DNA of 64,000 nucleotides from a virus: IMG/VR virus record IMGVR_UViG_3300028653_000010; one strand, 5' to 3'. Shown piece by piece: positions 9,226 to 18,099 of this stretch (position 1 is its first letter; each line of letters starts with the position of its first letter). The notes under the pieces were generated by a model. It saw only the letters and a program-made list of their open reading frames with translations, ran no database searches and was not told where the DNA came from. The position numbers and the translations under genes were made by a program.

Positions 9226-9576
9226 TTGTGCTACTGTGCAGGGATGCTGGAACCTCATCGAGTAGAAGGAACCACTGAGAAAACAGTAAACCTAACCGGG
9301 ACGGTATTCCCGTGGGATGGAACCCAACCTCACTTCTTTATGATGCCCGGATCCAACTATCAGTACCTGCCTTGCTTCACCGATGTCGACAAGCTCAGGG
9401 ATATGATGGATCGGCTGCATATACAGAGGTACACCATCAAACAGGTTGAAGATGGTCCTGACTTTTTGACCAGCTTTGATGTCCCAGGGGCAGAGCATAT
9501 CAAGGTGGTCCTAGATCCACACTTCATTGAGGGCGGTAGAGTACGCTTCACCCAGGTTGTACCCAACGCCAACTAA
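9226..9576 (+). CDS. hypothetical protein (116 aa)
   Basis: ORF track; strong hairpin 9589-9624 lies just downstream. Confidence 0.45.
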   Translation: MCYCAGMLEPHRVEGTTEKTVNLTGTVFPWDGTQPHFFMMPGSNYQYLPCFTDVDKLRDMMDRLHIQRYTIKQVEDGPDFLTSFDVPGAEHIKVVLDPHFIEGGRVRFTQVVPNAN

Positions 9577-9588
9577 TGGATAAGGAGA

Positions 9589-9624
9589 AGGCCAGGTTCC
9601 TGACTTGTGTCAGGAACCTGGCCT
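9589..9624 (+). terminator. GC-rich 16-bp-stem hairpin (aggccaggttcctgac-ttgt-gtcaggaacctggcct); possible terminator with no U-tract
   Basis: Perfect inverted repeat read directly from the sequence. Confidence 0.4.
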
Positions 9625-9760
9625 CGGTTCCCCACCGAACACGGAAGCTGGGCATCTCACCAGGGAGAGGGTGCGCACAACAACCCCTGGACTATCGACC
9701 GCTAAGCCGTCGGCTAAGTACTATCTACACCGGAGACCTTTTGAGTTCAAATCATTTCAA

Positions 9761-9805
9761 TTCCACTAATTAGACACATGATGATCATGTGTCTAATTAG
9801 TGGAA
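9761..9805. repeat. 45-bp perfect palindrome (22-bp arms, 1-nt centre)
   Basis: ttccactaattagacacatgat g atcatgtgtctaattagtggaa. Confidence 0.9.
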
Positions 9806-9882
9806 TTCATGTGGGAATATGCACCTGAACTCCTTGCCAACCAGAGAAACTAGGTACAAGCTAGGACTCAAGGAGGTTACCC

Positions 9883-10083
9883 ATGAAACACATAACAACC
9901 GAAGTAGACAACGAGACCAATGCGAAAGCTAGGCTACTAGCAAGAGGCAATAGTCAAACCCTATCTGAGTTTACGGCCGATCTTCTAACTCGAGAGATCA
10001 CAAGACTTTGGCAGAATCGACCTGAAGAGGAAGGTCCGTTGAGGACAATCGTCCGGGAAGAGTTGGCTCGGGTATTTGACTGA
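9883..10083 (+). CDS. small ribbon-helix-helix-like putative DNA-binding protein (66 aa)
   Basis: Canonical SD AAGGAGG lies 7 nt upstream of ATG. The N-terminal ...NAKARLLARGNSQTLSEFTADLL resembles Arc/CopG-type RHH proteins, though weakly. It is adjacent to the palindrome. Confidence 0.4.
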   Translation: MKHITTEVDNETNAKARLLARGNSQTLSEFTADLLTREITRLWQNRPEEEGPLRTIVREELARVFD

Positions 10084-10372
10084 GCGGTTCTCTTAGCTTC
10101 AAGAACTCTCTAAAGCACTTGAGGCACCCTTTCTTCCCATCCGGACTCTCAATGTGGCTGACCGTCAACTCGCCGCACTTGTCACATCGAACGGGCTCGA
10201 CTTCGACACCTTCCCGGATACTCATTATTGTAGTGAGTATCGGTGGGCCATTACTTCCTACTTCATACAGCTCTCGCACAAGCCCAACTTCAACCTGTGG
10301 TGCTTCAGCACCACAGGTTACACATTGAGTTTCACCGTACGGGATCGCACATACCGTACACTTGGCCGTCAT
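9998..10372 (-). CDS. hypothetical zinc-ribbon protein (124 aa; four CxxC pairs)
   Basis: ORF track; CTVC...CVTC...CDKC...CLKC. Confidence 0.45.
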   Translation of the reverse strand: MTAKCTVCAIPYGETQCVTCGAEAPQVEVGLVRELYEVGSNGPPILTTIMSIREGVEVEPVRCDKCGELTVSHIESPDGKKGCLKCFREFLKLREPLSQIPEPTLPGRLSSTDLPLQVDSAKVL

Positions 10373-10740
10373 CAGGAGGCTTCCTGCTTCTCTCGAGTCT
10401 TAGCCCCAGGTCCGTGTACGGTCGCCACCAAACCACCGGTTGCCGCACAGATACTCGTAGTGAACTTGGCCTTTAGCTTGCGTGATGCCGGTTTAGCTCC
10501 AACTACTAGCGGGGCCCCTGTAATAGGATTTCTGCGTATTCTTTCAGGTTGAGGCGCCCGGTACTTCGATGTGATCTTGACCACCCCAGGTATCACCACC
10601 GTCGGAACCCCACCGCTATCAGCGTTAAGCGCATCAGTAATGGCTGCAGCTTGAGCCTGTAAGAACTCTTCAACCTTGGATTTACCCATCCAAGGGAGCC
10701 TTCTGCACATCTCTTCTATATACGAAATTCTAGTCTTCAT
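10372..10740 (-). CDS. HU/IHF-family DNA-binding protein
   Basis: ...GVVKITSKYRAPQPERIRRNPITGAPLVVGAKPASRKLKAKF matches the HU signature R-x-R-x-G-R-N-P-x-T-G...FK-x-x-K-x-LK. Confidence 0.65.
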   Translation of the reverse strand: MKTRISYIEEMCRRLPWMGKSKVEEFLQAQAAAITDALNADSGGVPTVVIPGVVKITSKYRAPQPERIRRNPITGAPLVVGAKPASRKLKAKFTTSICAATGGLVATVHGPGAKTREKQEAS

Positions 10741-10778
10741 AGCTTACCAGTGACAATACTACACCAGTAAGCGAGTTT

Positions 10779-11462
10779 TCAAGGCTTATCATCCACTTCT
10801 TTATTGGATCGAACCTCGTCCACCATCGATTGAATGTAGTCAGTGTCGACGAAGTACTTCACGAAACCATATAGAACCCACACGCCCACGAACCGGTCCG
10901 TGAACCACCCATTAAGGTTGGCCCCATTCTTCTCTATCTTCTTACCAATCCCAGCCTCGGAGCCAAGATACTCCTCCAATACCCAGTCGATATGGTAGTC
11001 ATCATCCTCCCTGACGAAACGGTCCTGGATCTTACGAGCGTCCTTGGCTACTTTGAGGATGGATTCAATACTCGGTAGGTCGTAGACAGCCTCAATGAGC
11101 CCACCCCTTCGAGGCTTCTTATCTGCAAGATCCTCGATGAGTTGGTCAAATTCACTCTGAGCCTTCTTGAACAGCTTGGCGCCTTCCTGAACTAACGCCA
11201 TGAGCTGATCCAGCTCCTGAACTCGTTTCTCTATCCGATCTGCAGAGACCAATATCTGGGGGGCTTCTAACGGTTCTGCCAGCCTTCTGAATATCGGGAC
11301 TAGGTACAAGCACTTGGCCTTGTACCAACGAACTAGCTTGACATCTTCCCTGATGTATACTTCTGCATCCTCAAGAGGTAGTTGATCACTGGTTTCGGTG
11401 AGCCAACTCTCGGCAGCCTTCTTGTAACGGAGCACCACCACCTCAACAATGGGATCTGACAT
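10779..11462 (-). CDS. hypothetical protein (227 aa)
   Basis: ORF track. Confidence 0.5.
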   Translation of the reverse strand: MSDPIVEVVVLRYKKAAESWLTETSDQLPLEDAEVYIREDVKLVRWYKAKCLYLVPIFRRLAEPLEAPQILVSADRIEKRVQELDQLMALVQEGAKLFKKAQSEFDQLIEDLADKKPRRGGLIEAVYDLPSIESILKVAKDARKIQDRFVREDDDYHIDWVLEEYLGSEAGIGKKIEKNGANLNGWFTDRFVGVWVLYGFVKYFVDTDYIQSMVDEVRSNKEVDDKP

Positions 11463-11471
11463 AGCTAACCT

Positions 11472-12701
11472 CTACTCCTTTGCCACGTCAATGAGAACGC
11501 GCGCTTCTTCTGTCATCGGAAGTCGATATCCAATGGCCCCAGCACCACCTGTCGAGACATTGTTGTTGGACCAATCGTCCCCGTCAGCCCCGTTATTCTT
11601 GACATACCAGAAGTAGTTATCACCGGGTTCAATAACTACCCACGTCCCACCCCCATATCCGAGTGCAGTCTTGTCAATCCAGATCTGCTCACCTGGGGGT
11701 CGATGTCCTGTACCTTGTACATAGTACTCTGACTTTGCACAAAGCTTATACAAGTTTCCCTGAGCCTCACGCTTCGTATTAGCCTTTTCACGGCGTATTC
11801 TGGCCGCCTCTTTGACTTCAGCGCAGACACTAGGATCAGAGTGAACCACCTTATAGACTAGCTCGTCCTCATCATTGTCCCAATGGTCTACTAAGTAACC
11901 ATCACCAGCATCTACCCACGCCCCGCAGTTTAAGCAATGATCCCCTCTACGATTAGGCCTCTTCGCTTTCTCGGTAGGTGTCCTCTCCACCTTTTCAGCC
12001 TTCCATTTCTCAGCTCTCGCCCGCTCTTCACTCTCGAGATACTCAATTAGCTTCTTTACTTGAGCTTCCTTAACCTGATGGACTGGAGCCCACCAGAAAC
12101 TCCCTTGACCATTGAATGTTACCGGTACCAGCTTTTTGATATCATCCTTGAAGTCATAGGTCTTTCCAGAGACTACGAACAAGTAGCTCCCGTTATTGGT
12201 CCCCACGTTAATCTGCAAGCTCGGGAACTTGCGCGGAATTATACTAGACAGATCAGCAAGGGACTTGGCCACAAGCCTACCCTGGTCCTCAATCGCGTCC
12301 AGGAGCTTACTAAACTCTACTGGTTTGATATTCTGCACATAGAACTTCGAGAACTCTGGGCCATAATCCCCACCAGACATGTTAATCAACACCCTCAGAT
12401 CAGTAAGAGCTCCTGTCAATTGAGCACCATCGACCCCGATGGGACTAAAGATCAATCCAGTAACCCGTATATGGATCGCTTTACTGAGCAGCTTTTTGGC
12501 TTCCTCAATCCTGACCGCCTTAGCATCCGCTGGCTCTTCCACCTTCACAGGGTTGGGGCCAAATTTCCCATTGACCGCATCAACCTTCTTCTGAAGATTC
12601 TTAATCTTCAGAGGGGTCATTTTCGCTTTGGATTCCCACCAAGTGTGGTCATGACCGCGATACTCGAATTTCCCACGTAGGTAAGGGATCAAGTCCTTCA
12701 T
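11472..12701 (-). CDS. hypothetical protein (409 aa)
   Basis: ORF track; it has a ~130-nt 5' leader that contains conserved hairpin element copy b. Confidence 0.55.
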   Translation of the reverse strand: MKDLIPYLRGKFEYRGHDHTWWESKAKMTPLKIKNLQKKVDAVNGKFGPNPVKVEEPADAKAVRIEEAKKLLSKAIHIRVTGLIFSPIGVDGAQLTGALTDLRVLINMSGGDYGPEFSKFYVQNIKPVEFSKLLDAIEDQGRLVAKSLADLSSIIPRKFPSLQINVGTNNGSYLFVVSGKTYDFKDDIKKLVPVTFNGQGSFWWAPVHQVKEAQVKKLIEYLESEERARAEKWKAEKVERTPTEKAKRPNRRGDHCLNCGAWVDAGDGYLVDHWDNDEDELVYKVVHSDPSVCAEVKEAARIRREKANTKREAQGNLYKLCAKSEYYVQGTGHRPPGEQIWIDKTALGYGGGTWVVIEPGDNYFWYVKNNGADGDDWSNNNVSTGGAGAIGYRLPMTEEARVLIDVAKE

Positions 12702-12791
12702 CTTGTCATAAGGCCCAGAGACTTCAATCCTTCCGTCAACTTCCTTTACGGAGATAGGCGCTGATGCCTCGATGAATCTTGACGCTACTCT

Positions 12792-12869
12792 CTCTTTGCC
12801 TCAAAAGTATGAGACCCTCCTAACCGGAGGCTTTAGCGAGTGGTCGTAACCCTCGCTTTTGGTCGAAGG
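12792..12869 (-). promoter_or_regulatory. conserved structured leader element, copy b
   Basis: tctttgcctcaaaag...ttagcgagtggtcgtaaccctcgcttttggtcgaagg is homologous to 8612-8675. Confidence 0.45.
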
Positions 12870-13028
12870 AATGAGACCTGATTCCAGCGTAATAGAACTT
12901 ATTCAAAAGTCAACCCTTTTGAGGCAAAGCCCTACTCTCTGAATCAGATCAGCAGACATACGTACCCGCAGTTATCAATAGATCAAAAGAAGTGTCCTTC
13001 TTGTAAACCCGGTGGTAGTGTACCACCC

Positions 13029-13817
13029 GTGGCCGACGAAGATTACGAATTATTCTGGAAGGTGGTCCGGCCCAATCGTAGGCAAAGCCCGCCCCAGCCG
13101 GACCCACCCAACCCGTGCGCCGAGATCCCCGTATCGAACAGGCGTATGCCACGATGGCCAGTAGACCCTGAGCTACTCACCCGTAATATAGAGTTACCAA
13201 TGGAGCATGGGGAATTTGTCCCTGACTTCGAAGGCCCAGAGGGGAACGTGGCTCCTCAAAGTGAATTCGAGAGACAAGCCGTTCTTCGAAGTCAGGTCTG
13301 GCTTGGAGAGATCAGACGCCACCTCTCAAGAACCACTACCGCTGCTGCTATCTGGACTCGTGCGGGAGATGCCATCAGAGTACGAATTAGCGAGTACTCG
13401 AGAACCCCAGGAGCCAACCTAGAGGGTGTCGATGACATCATCCGGCAAGAGCTTGCACCTATCCTAACTCTCATCAGAAGAGATGGAGAGGGGGTACTAC
13501 CTGAAGCTTTGAACCATTTGTTTAGCCCAAGCCCGGTCGCCCAAGCTATTCAACAAGAACGTAATGTTCAGAGTCTCCTGGACCGAGTAGTACCAGGATC
13601 CCATTTTGAATCTTCCTGGAGGACCCCGGATGCTGGACCCTACCAGCTCAGGAACCTCGTCACCGCCTTCCGAAACCTAGGTATCCCAGTCGACGTCTAC
13701 CTCCAACTTGGGGACCTCCCTGCTTCTGCAGTCTTGACGGTAGTCATCGACGACCAAACCATCCGCCTCGAGACCACCGACGGTGTCACAGAGGTCAGGA
13801 TCTTTGATCGATTGTGA
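13029..13817 (+). CDS. hypothetical protein (262 aa)
   Basis: ORF track. Confidence 0.5.
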   Translation: MADEDYELFWKVVRPNRRQSPPQPDPPNPCAEIPVSNRRMPRWPVDPELLTRNIELPMEHGEFVPDFEGPEGNVAPQSEFERQAVLRSQVWLGEIRRHLSRTTTAAAIWTRAGDAIRVRISEYSRTPGANLEGVDDIIRQELAPILTLIRRDGEGVLPEALNHLFSPSPVAQAIQQERNVQSLLDRVVPGSHFESSWRTPDAGPYQLRNLVTAFRNLGIPVDVYLQLGDLPASAVLTVVIDDQTIRLETTDGVTEVRIFDRL

Positions 13818-14094
13818 CTTAGTTAGGATGAAAGCAACTGACGCATATGCATACAACCGAGCTAAACCCGGTGACAAGTTCCTAGGCTTCAAGGGGCAAA
13901 TGGTAGAGGACCATGAAGCGATATGGGTCACACCTACTATGGTTCGTCTTGAGAATGGAATCTCTATCTCCCGTATTACTGGTAAAGTCATTGGCTATAC
14001 CAACGGAGCGCTTCGAGATCTACCAAGCTACTTCCCAGCAACCAAACTCAACCTAGAACGAGCCGAGCGTATGCGCCAAGGCAAGACCCGGTGA
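13783..14094 (+). CDS. hypothetical protein (103 aa)
   Basis: ORF track; it is in the same frame as the next ORF and separated from it by TGA plus one codon. Confidence 0.35.
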   Translation: MSQRSGSLIDCDLVRMKATDAYAYNRAKPGDKFLGFKGQMVEDHEAIWVTPTMVRLENGISISRITGKVIGYTNGALRDLPSYFPATKLNLERAERMRQGKTR

Positions 14095-14097
14095 TCC

Positions 14098-14835
14098 ATG
14101 CTCGGTATTGAAAAGGCCTTCATCCAAGCGTCCCTTGAAACCAAGATGCCCATTGATGAGACAGCTTTCGCTGTTTGGTCTGGCTGCAGGATCTTGGACA
14201 TACCCACCCAACTATACACGTTCACCCGTGACATCCAAGGCGAGCTGACCAAGAATACCCTCGTTCACGGAGGGGTCCCCCACGTAGTAGCGGCCCTGAA
14301 CCTTCTAGGAGTTCCTCTCCCCGAAGTCCAAGACTACCCACCAAGCCTCCAAGGGATCTTCGGCCGTCACATCAACCCATCTACCATGGGCTACCTAAGA
14401 CGGCGCACCAGCTCGCGATCCATCTTTGTTAAGCCCCGGGGCGGGACCAAGCTATTCAATGGCTTCCTCTACTCAGGAAGCATCGAAGACCAGATCCGAT
14501 TGAACACCTTCGACGAAAACACTCCTATCTGGGAATCCAACGTCGTCAACTTCGTCTCCGAGTACCGAGTTCTCATCCACCAAGGCCTCATCTTCGCCTG
14601 CCGACACTACAAGGGGGACTGCTCTATCTTCCCCAACTTGGATGTGGCCACTCAAGCTATCAAGTGCTTCAAGGACGCTCCCGTCGGCTACTCTCTCGAC
14701 CTTGGTGTCACCGACGACGGTCGCACCCTCCTAGTCGAAGTCAACGACGCCTGGGCACTAGGTTGCTACGGGACCCCATCGATACCCTTCACTGAGATGA
14801 TCGTGAACCGGTGGAAGGAGATGGTAGGGGCCTAG
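14098..14835 (+). CDS. hypothetical protein (245 aa)
   Basis: ORF track. Confidence 0.5.
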   Translation: MLGIEKAFIQASLETKMPIDETAFAVWSGCRILDIPTQLYTFTRDIQGELTKNTLVHGGVPHVVAALNLLGVPLPEVQDYPPSLQGIFGRHINPSTMGYLRRRTSSRSIFVKPRGGTKLFNGFLYSGSIEDQIRLNTFDENTPIWESNVVNFVSEYRVLIHQGLIFACRHYKGDCSIFPNLDVATQAIKCFKDAPVGYSLDLGVTDDGRTLLVEVNDAWALGCYGTPSIPFTEMIVNRWKEMVGA

Positions 14836-15037
14836 CCCTCTCAATCATCTCGTGCCCTACATGCCTTTTCATCTCGCTGTTGAGCAAGCTAGGAAGGTCC
14901 ACCAAGAACGTGTCCCCTACCTGACACATAGGGCATGTACAAGGGAGAATCATGAATACCTTGTATTCTTTCCGGAGACCCTCATCCCGGTAAGTTACCT
15001 TGTCACCAACAGCTATGGCCCCTCTTGTAATAGTCAT
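14789..15037 (-). CDS. hypothetical Cys-containing protein (~82 aa from ATG 15037)
   Basis: ORF track, adjusted to the internal ATG that directly follows a TAATAG motif (15043-15062). Confidence 0.4.
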   Translation of the reverse strand: MTITRGAIAVGDKVTYRDEGLRKEYKVFMILPCTCPMCQVGDTFLVDLPSLLNSEMKRHVGHEMIERARPLPSPSTGSRSSQ

Positions 15038-15064
15038 GTAGGCTATTACGCACCAGCTCAACGT

Positions 15065-15331
15065 TTAGCAACAAGAAAGTTGAAAAGTAGTAGTCTTATA
15101 GGTTTCAAGTCGGCCACCCTTAGAAGCAGCGGAAGCGCTGGCTCGAATGTACCCAGCCTCATAAAGACGCGACTGAAGACCCTCTCGGGTCTCAAAGGCA
15201 ACGGGCCGTAGGTCAATCCGACTGGCCCCCGCCCACTCCCCCATCCCGTCAGTGAGTTCTACGATGGCCGCATGTTGCCCAACCAAGTACTCGACGGTCC
15301 CGTGAAACTTAGTGGTAGTAGTAGTAGCCAT
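15065..15331 (-). CDS. hypothetical protein (88 aa)
   Basis: ORF track; promoter 15338-15366 abuts the ATG. Confidence 0.5.
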   Translation of the reverse strand: MATTTTTKFHGTVEYLVGQHAAIVELTDGMGEWAGASRIDLRPVAFETREGLQSRLYEAGYIRASASAASKGGRLETYKTTTFQLSCC

Positions 15332-15337
15332 GCTGAG

Positions 15338-15366
15338 TATTACGCGCGAGCTCCGATATTCTCAAT
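15338..15366 (-). promoter_or_regulatory. consensus leaderless promoter
   Basis: tattacgcgcgagctccgatattctcaat. Confidence 0.5.
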
Positions 15367-15426
15367 CAATTAAACCAAATGCGTTCCATGAGCATCATGG
15401 AACGCATTTGGAAACCACCCTAATTG

Positions 15427-16281
15427 TCAGTAGCAGGTAATGGGGAACGTGTTCGAATAGGCCGGGCAAAGCCCGGGTTGCCCGTTGATGAGAAGGCCAG
15501 GAGTCAGGTCTTGGACAGTCAGGGTAATGGTGAAGTTGCCACTTGCATAGCAATACATCACCTGAGCCGCTGGGTTGCCCGATGTGGCTGGGTCTGTCGC
15601 AGGATTCCCGGTCAGAGTAAAGACATTTGTGTATGTAGCGCCTTGATACCAATAGGCACCGAGGTGGTTACTGGACCATGTGACAGTTTGTGGTGAGGTT
15701 GGGACGGTAACTCCCATGTTCAAGGAAAAGGTATCCCCTACATACTGAATAGGTGACCAAGCTTCTGAACTAGTATACCAGGCAATGCCGCTGCACTGAT
15801 AGGGTGCGCCTTGAGACACCGTGATGTTGGCCGTAACATTCCCTGAGTTTGGTCCAGCAACGTTGTTGTCGGTGCACACCACATTCATTTGAACTACAGC
15901 GCCATCAACTTGTAGCCCGTCTGCTTCGCCTCGACAGTTTTGGATGTTGCCATTGGCTTGCCCCCAAGAGTCTTGAGCCGAAAGCACCAAGGTACAGGTG
16001 TCATTTGGGTCAAGCCCACCAATGGATCCATTCACCTTTGCCCTACCATTGATGTCGGAATTAACCTGCCAAACACCAGTGGCTACTTGGCTGGGCACCG
16101 GTGTTGGGGTGCAAGCTAGCGTGTATGCGATTTGAGTGATGTCCACTCCGGACGCGATTTGTATGCTTGCTTTGACTTCACCGAGGCCACTTTGCTCTGA
16201 AGATGAATTCTCAGACCCTGATTGCATTACTGAGCATGAGAGTACCAATAGCGCGAAAAAAGTAACGAATTTAGATAACAC
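15427..16281 (-). CDS. secreted Gly/Thr/Asn-rich protein (284 aa); candidate surface or fibre-like protein
   Basis: N-terminal signal-peptide-like MLSKFVTFFALLVLSCSVMQS; low-complexity G/T/N/S-rich body. Confidence 0.5.
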   Translation of the reverse strand: MLSKFVTFFALLVLSCSVMQSGSENSSSEQSGLGEVKASIQIASGVDITQIAYTLACTPTPVPSQVATGVWQVNSDINGRAKVNGSIGGLDPNDTCTLVLSAQDSWGQANGNIQNCRGEADGLQVDGAVVQMNVVCTDNNVAGPNSGNVTANITVSQGAPYQCSGIAWYTSSEAWSPIQYVGDTFSLNMGVTVPTSPQTVTWSSNHLGAYWYQGATYTNVFTLTGNPATDPATSGNPAAQVMYCYASGNFTITLTVQDLTPGLLINGQPGLCPAYSNTFPITCY

Positions 16282-16324
16282 TTGTCTTCCCTTTTCTTGT
16301 TTTGAGTTGTTAAGCTAAGAGGTA

Positions 16325-16555
16325 CTAAGTTTTGGCCGTGTAAACAAGCTTGCCATACTTCTTGAGGTGCTTATGTGTGTATTCACCATCAAGATTATGA
16401 TGTGGGTGTCGCGGGTCATCATACTCCAACCGGCATCGCTTTTCATAAGACTTGAACCCAGGGCCAAGAATCACGAACGTAAAGCTCGGTCGCCCCGTAG
16501 CCGAGTTGTCACAATACCAGCGCTGACCAACCGAGAAAGGAGTGATTCTTGCCAT
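16325..16555 (-). CDS. hypothetical protein (~76 aa from ATG 16555)
   Basis: ORF track; promoter 16562-16590 abuts the ATG. Confidence 0.45.
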   Translation of the reverse strand: MARITPFSVGQRWYCDNSATGRPSFTFVILGPGFKSYEKRCRLEYDDPRHPHHNLDGEYTHKHLKKYGKLVYTAKT

Positions 16556-16561
16556 GTCCAC

Positions 16562-16590
16562 TATTACGCGCGAGAGGGGTGGATCTCAAC
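16562..16590 (-). promoter_or_regulatory. consensus leaderless promoter
   Basis: tattacgcgcgagaggggtggatctcaac. Confidence 0.55.
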
Positions 16591-16627
16591 CAGAATTGGA
16601 GTTAGTCACTCGGTCCAAGTAAGCTCT

Positions 16628-17113
16628 CTATCTCATTTTCGACGAGTACCCCTTCTCGGTCCTCGGCATCAGAATTAGCATTCGATGCTTAGCATAAGCA
16701 TACACTGTGTGATGTTCTAGTGTGGTGTCAGCTCTTACTATGTCAGCAAATTTATCAAGGTTTTCGTGGTGATGCGCATTAGTGATCTGAGTGACTGCAG
16801 CGTCGAGGTCACTCACGCTAGCAAATTGAGTGATTGCGCCCTCGAAGTAACACCGCTCCCACGACCCAATCTTTGAGATGCGGTAGCACCCGAATAACTC
16901 AGGGCTGGTCGGGTAGAACCTCCATTGAGGCTCGTGCCTTACTACCTCGAAGGCCCACGGAGTCCCCTGTTGGCAATCCTTCACCAACCCCTTGCTTTGC
17001 AGCTGACTACAGATGTTCTTGGCAGAAGGCGTAAGTGATGAAGCGTACACGCTAAACACGAAGTCTAGTACCAGGAGTGCTACTACCACTGGGAGGATGA
17101 TCTTTCTTGCCAT
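16628..17113 (-). CDS. secreted hypothetical protein (161 aa)
   Basis: Signal-peptide-like MARKIILPVVVALLVLDFVFSVYA; promoter 17120-17148 abuts the ATG. Confidence 0.5.
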   Translation of the reverse strand: MARKIILPVVVALLVLDFVFSVYASSLTPSAKNICSQLQSKGLVKDCQQGTPWAFEVVRHEPQWRFYPTSPELFGCYRISKIGSWERCYFEGAITQFASVSDLDAAVTQITNAHHHENLDKFADIVRADTTLEHHTVYAYAKHRMLILMPRTEKGYSSKMR

Positions 17114-17119
17114 GCCCCT

Positions 17120-17148
17120 TATTACGCGCGAGAGGCACAGATCTCAAT
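17120..17148 (-). promoter_or_regulatory. consensus leaderless promoter
   Basis: tattacgcgcgagaggcacagatctcaat. Confidence 0.55.
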
Positions 17149-17528
17149 CAAATAAACGGATAACCCAGTAGGTAAAAATCATCCCGGAGAGTAGGTTCAA
17201 GAGGATTACTTCAACAGTCAGGTACGACTGGGTTATCTTAAGCACCGAGATGGTAAAGACAGTATTAGGCTCGTGGTTAGGCATTCCCAAGTACCTTGCG
17301 GGCCGCTACCCCAATGTCAATGCCTTTGGGCACAGTCAGTGGCAAGCTACCCGAAGGGTTGAGAAGGGATCCGTTTGATACCGACCCTTCGACCTGACCA
17401 CATTCGAGGCATACCCGGAGCGTGGCCTCACCAATGATCTCCTGAGATCCTTCAGCCTTGATTGGAATAGTATGGGGAACGCTTCGGTGAGTATGCCAAC
17501 ACGTGCTCTTGTCTTTGGGCATGGGGTA

Positions 17529-17771
17529 TTACCTCGACGAGGTTGACGTCCTGACAAAGTTAGTTTGGAGAACTGTGCGAAGCTTGTTGACTACCAGACG
17601 ACCATCATACAGCTCAGCCATCTTATCCAGGAACTCTATGTTGTGCTCTGGGTCAACCCCATTGAGGGCGTTTTCCAGGATCTTACATGCAGCTTCGATT
17701 GAGGCTGCATGCTCTCGGGCATCGGAGATAAGGCTCTTCATAGCCTCTTTTGGGTCTTGATTCTTCTTCAT
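17529..17771 (-). CDS. hypothetical protein (~80 aa from ATG 17771)
   Basis: ORF track, adjusted to the ATG abutting promoter 17778-17807. Confidence 0.45.
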   Translation of the reverse strand: MKKNQDPKEAMKSLISDAREHAASIEAACKILENALNGVDPEHNIEFLDKMAELYDGRLVVNKLRTVLQTNFVRTSTSSR

Positions 17772-17777
17772 GGTTAA

Positions 17778-17807
17778 TATTACGCGCGAGGATGGGCTGA
17801 ACTCAAC
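17778..17807 (-). promoter_or_regulatory. consensus leaderless promoter
   Basis: tattacgcgcgaggatgggctgaactcaac. Confidence 0.55.
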
Positions 17808-17817
17808 TAAAATTACG

Positions 17818-17846
17818 TTGAGATCTTTGACCACCGTGCGTAATAC
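17818..17846 (+). promoter_or_regulatory. plus-strand copy of the consensus promoter (GTTGAGA-N15-CGTAATAC), divergent from 17778-17807
   Basis: gttgagatctttgaccaccgtgcgtaatac, 5 nt before ATG 17852. Confidence 0.5.
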
Positions 17847-17851
17847 AGGGT

Positions 17852-18094
17852 ATGAGATACCAACCAATTACGAATGCCCTGTTCTTTGCCGAGATTTCAA
17901 TCAGGATGTACATGAACAACCAGATGAGCGGGATTCGACATAGCGAACAGGTACTCAGCCAAGTCAAACCAACTGATCGGTACCGTCACAATGGCCGCTC
18001 CTGCAGTCTAGAATCTAGGGTTAGACGATCCATCGCGCGCCGGCAGCAGAAGCTGGTAACCGCCGAGATGAAGCTGAGCGCACTCCTCGCCTAG
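17852..18094 (+). CDS. hypothetical protein (80 aa)
   Basis: ORF track; it has a leaderless plus-strand promoter copy. Confidence 0.4.
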   Translation: MRYQPITNALFFAEISIRMYMNNQMSGIRHSEQVLSQVKPTDRYRHNGRSCSLESRVRRSIARRQQKLVTAEMKLSALLA

Positions 18095-18099
18095 TAACC

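Noticed and set aside
9761-9805. Protelomerase target (hairpin telomere resolution site)
   Set aside because: No large tyrosine-recombinase-like or protelomerase-like gene is adjacent. An operator for the neighbouring RHH gene is more parsimonious.
13783-14835. Possible TGA read-through joining 13783..14094 and 14098..14835, which are in the same frame and separated by TGA plus one codon
   Set aside because: The stop is TGA rather than TAG, there is no conserved motif across the junction, and an ATG follows immediately. This is most simply two adjacent genes.
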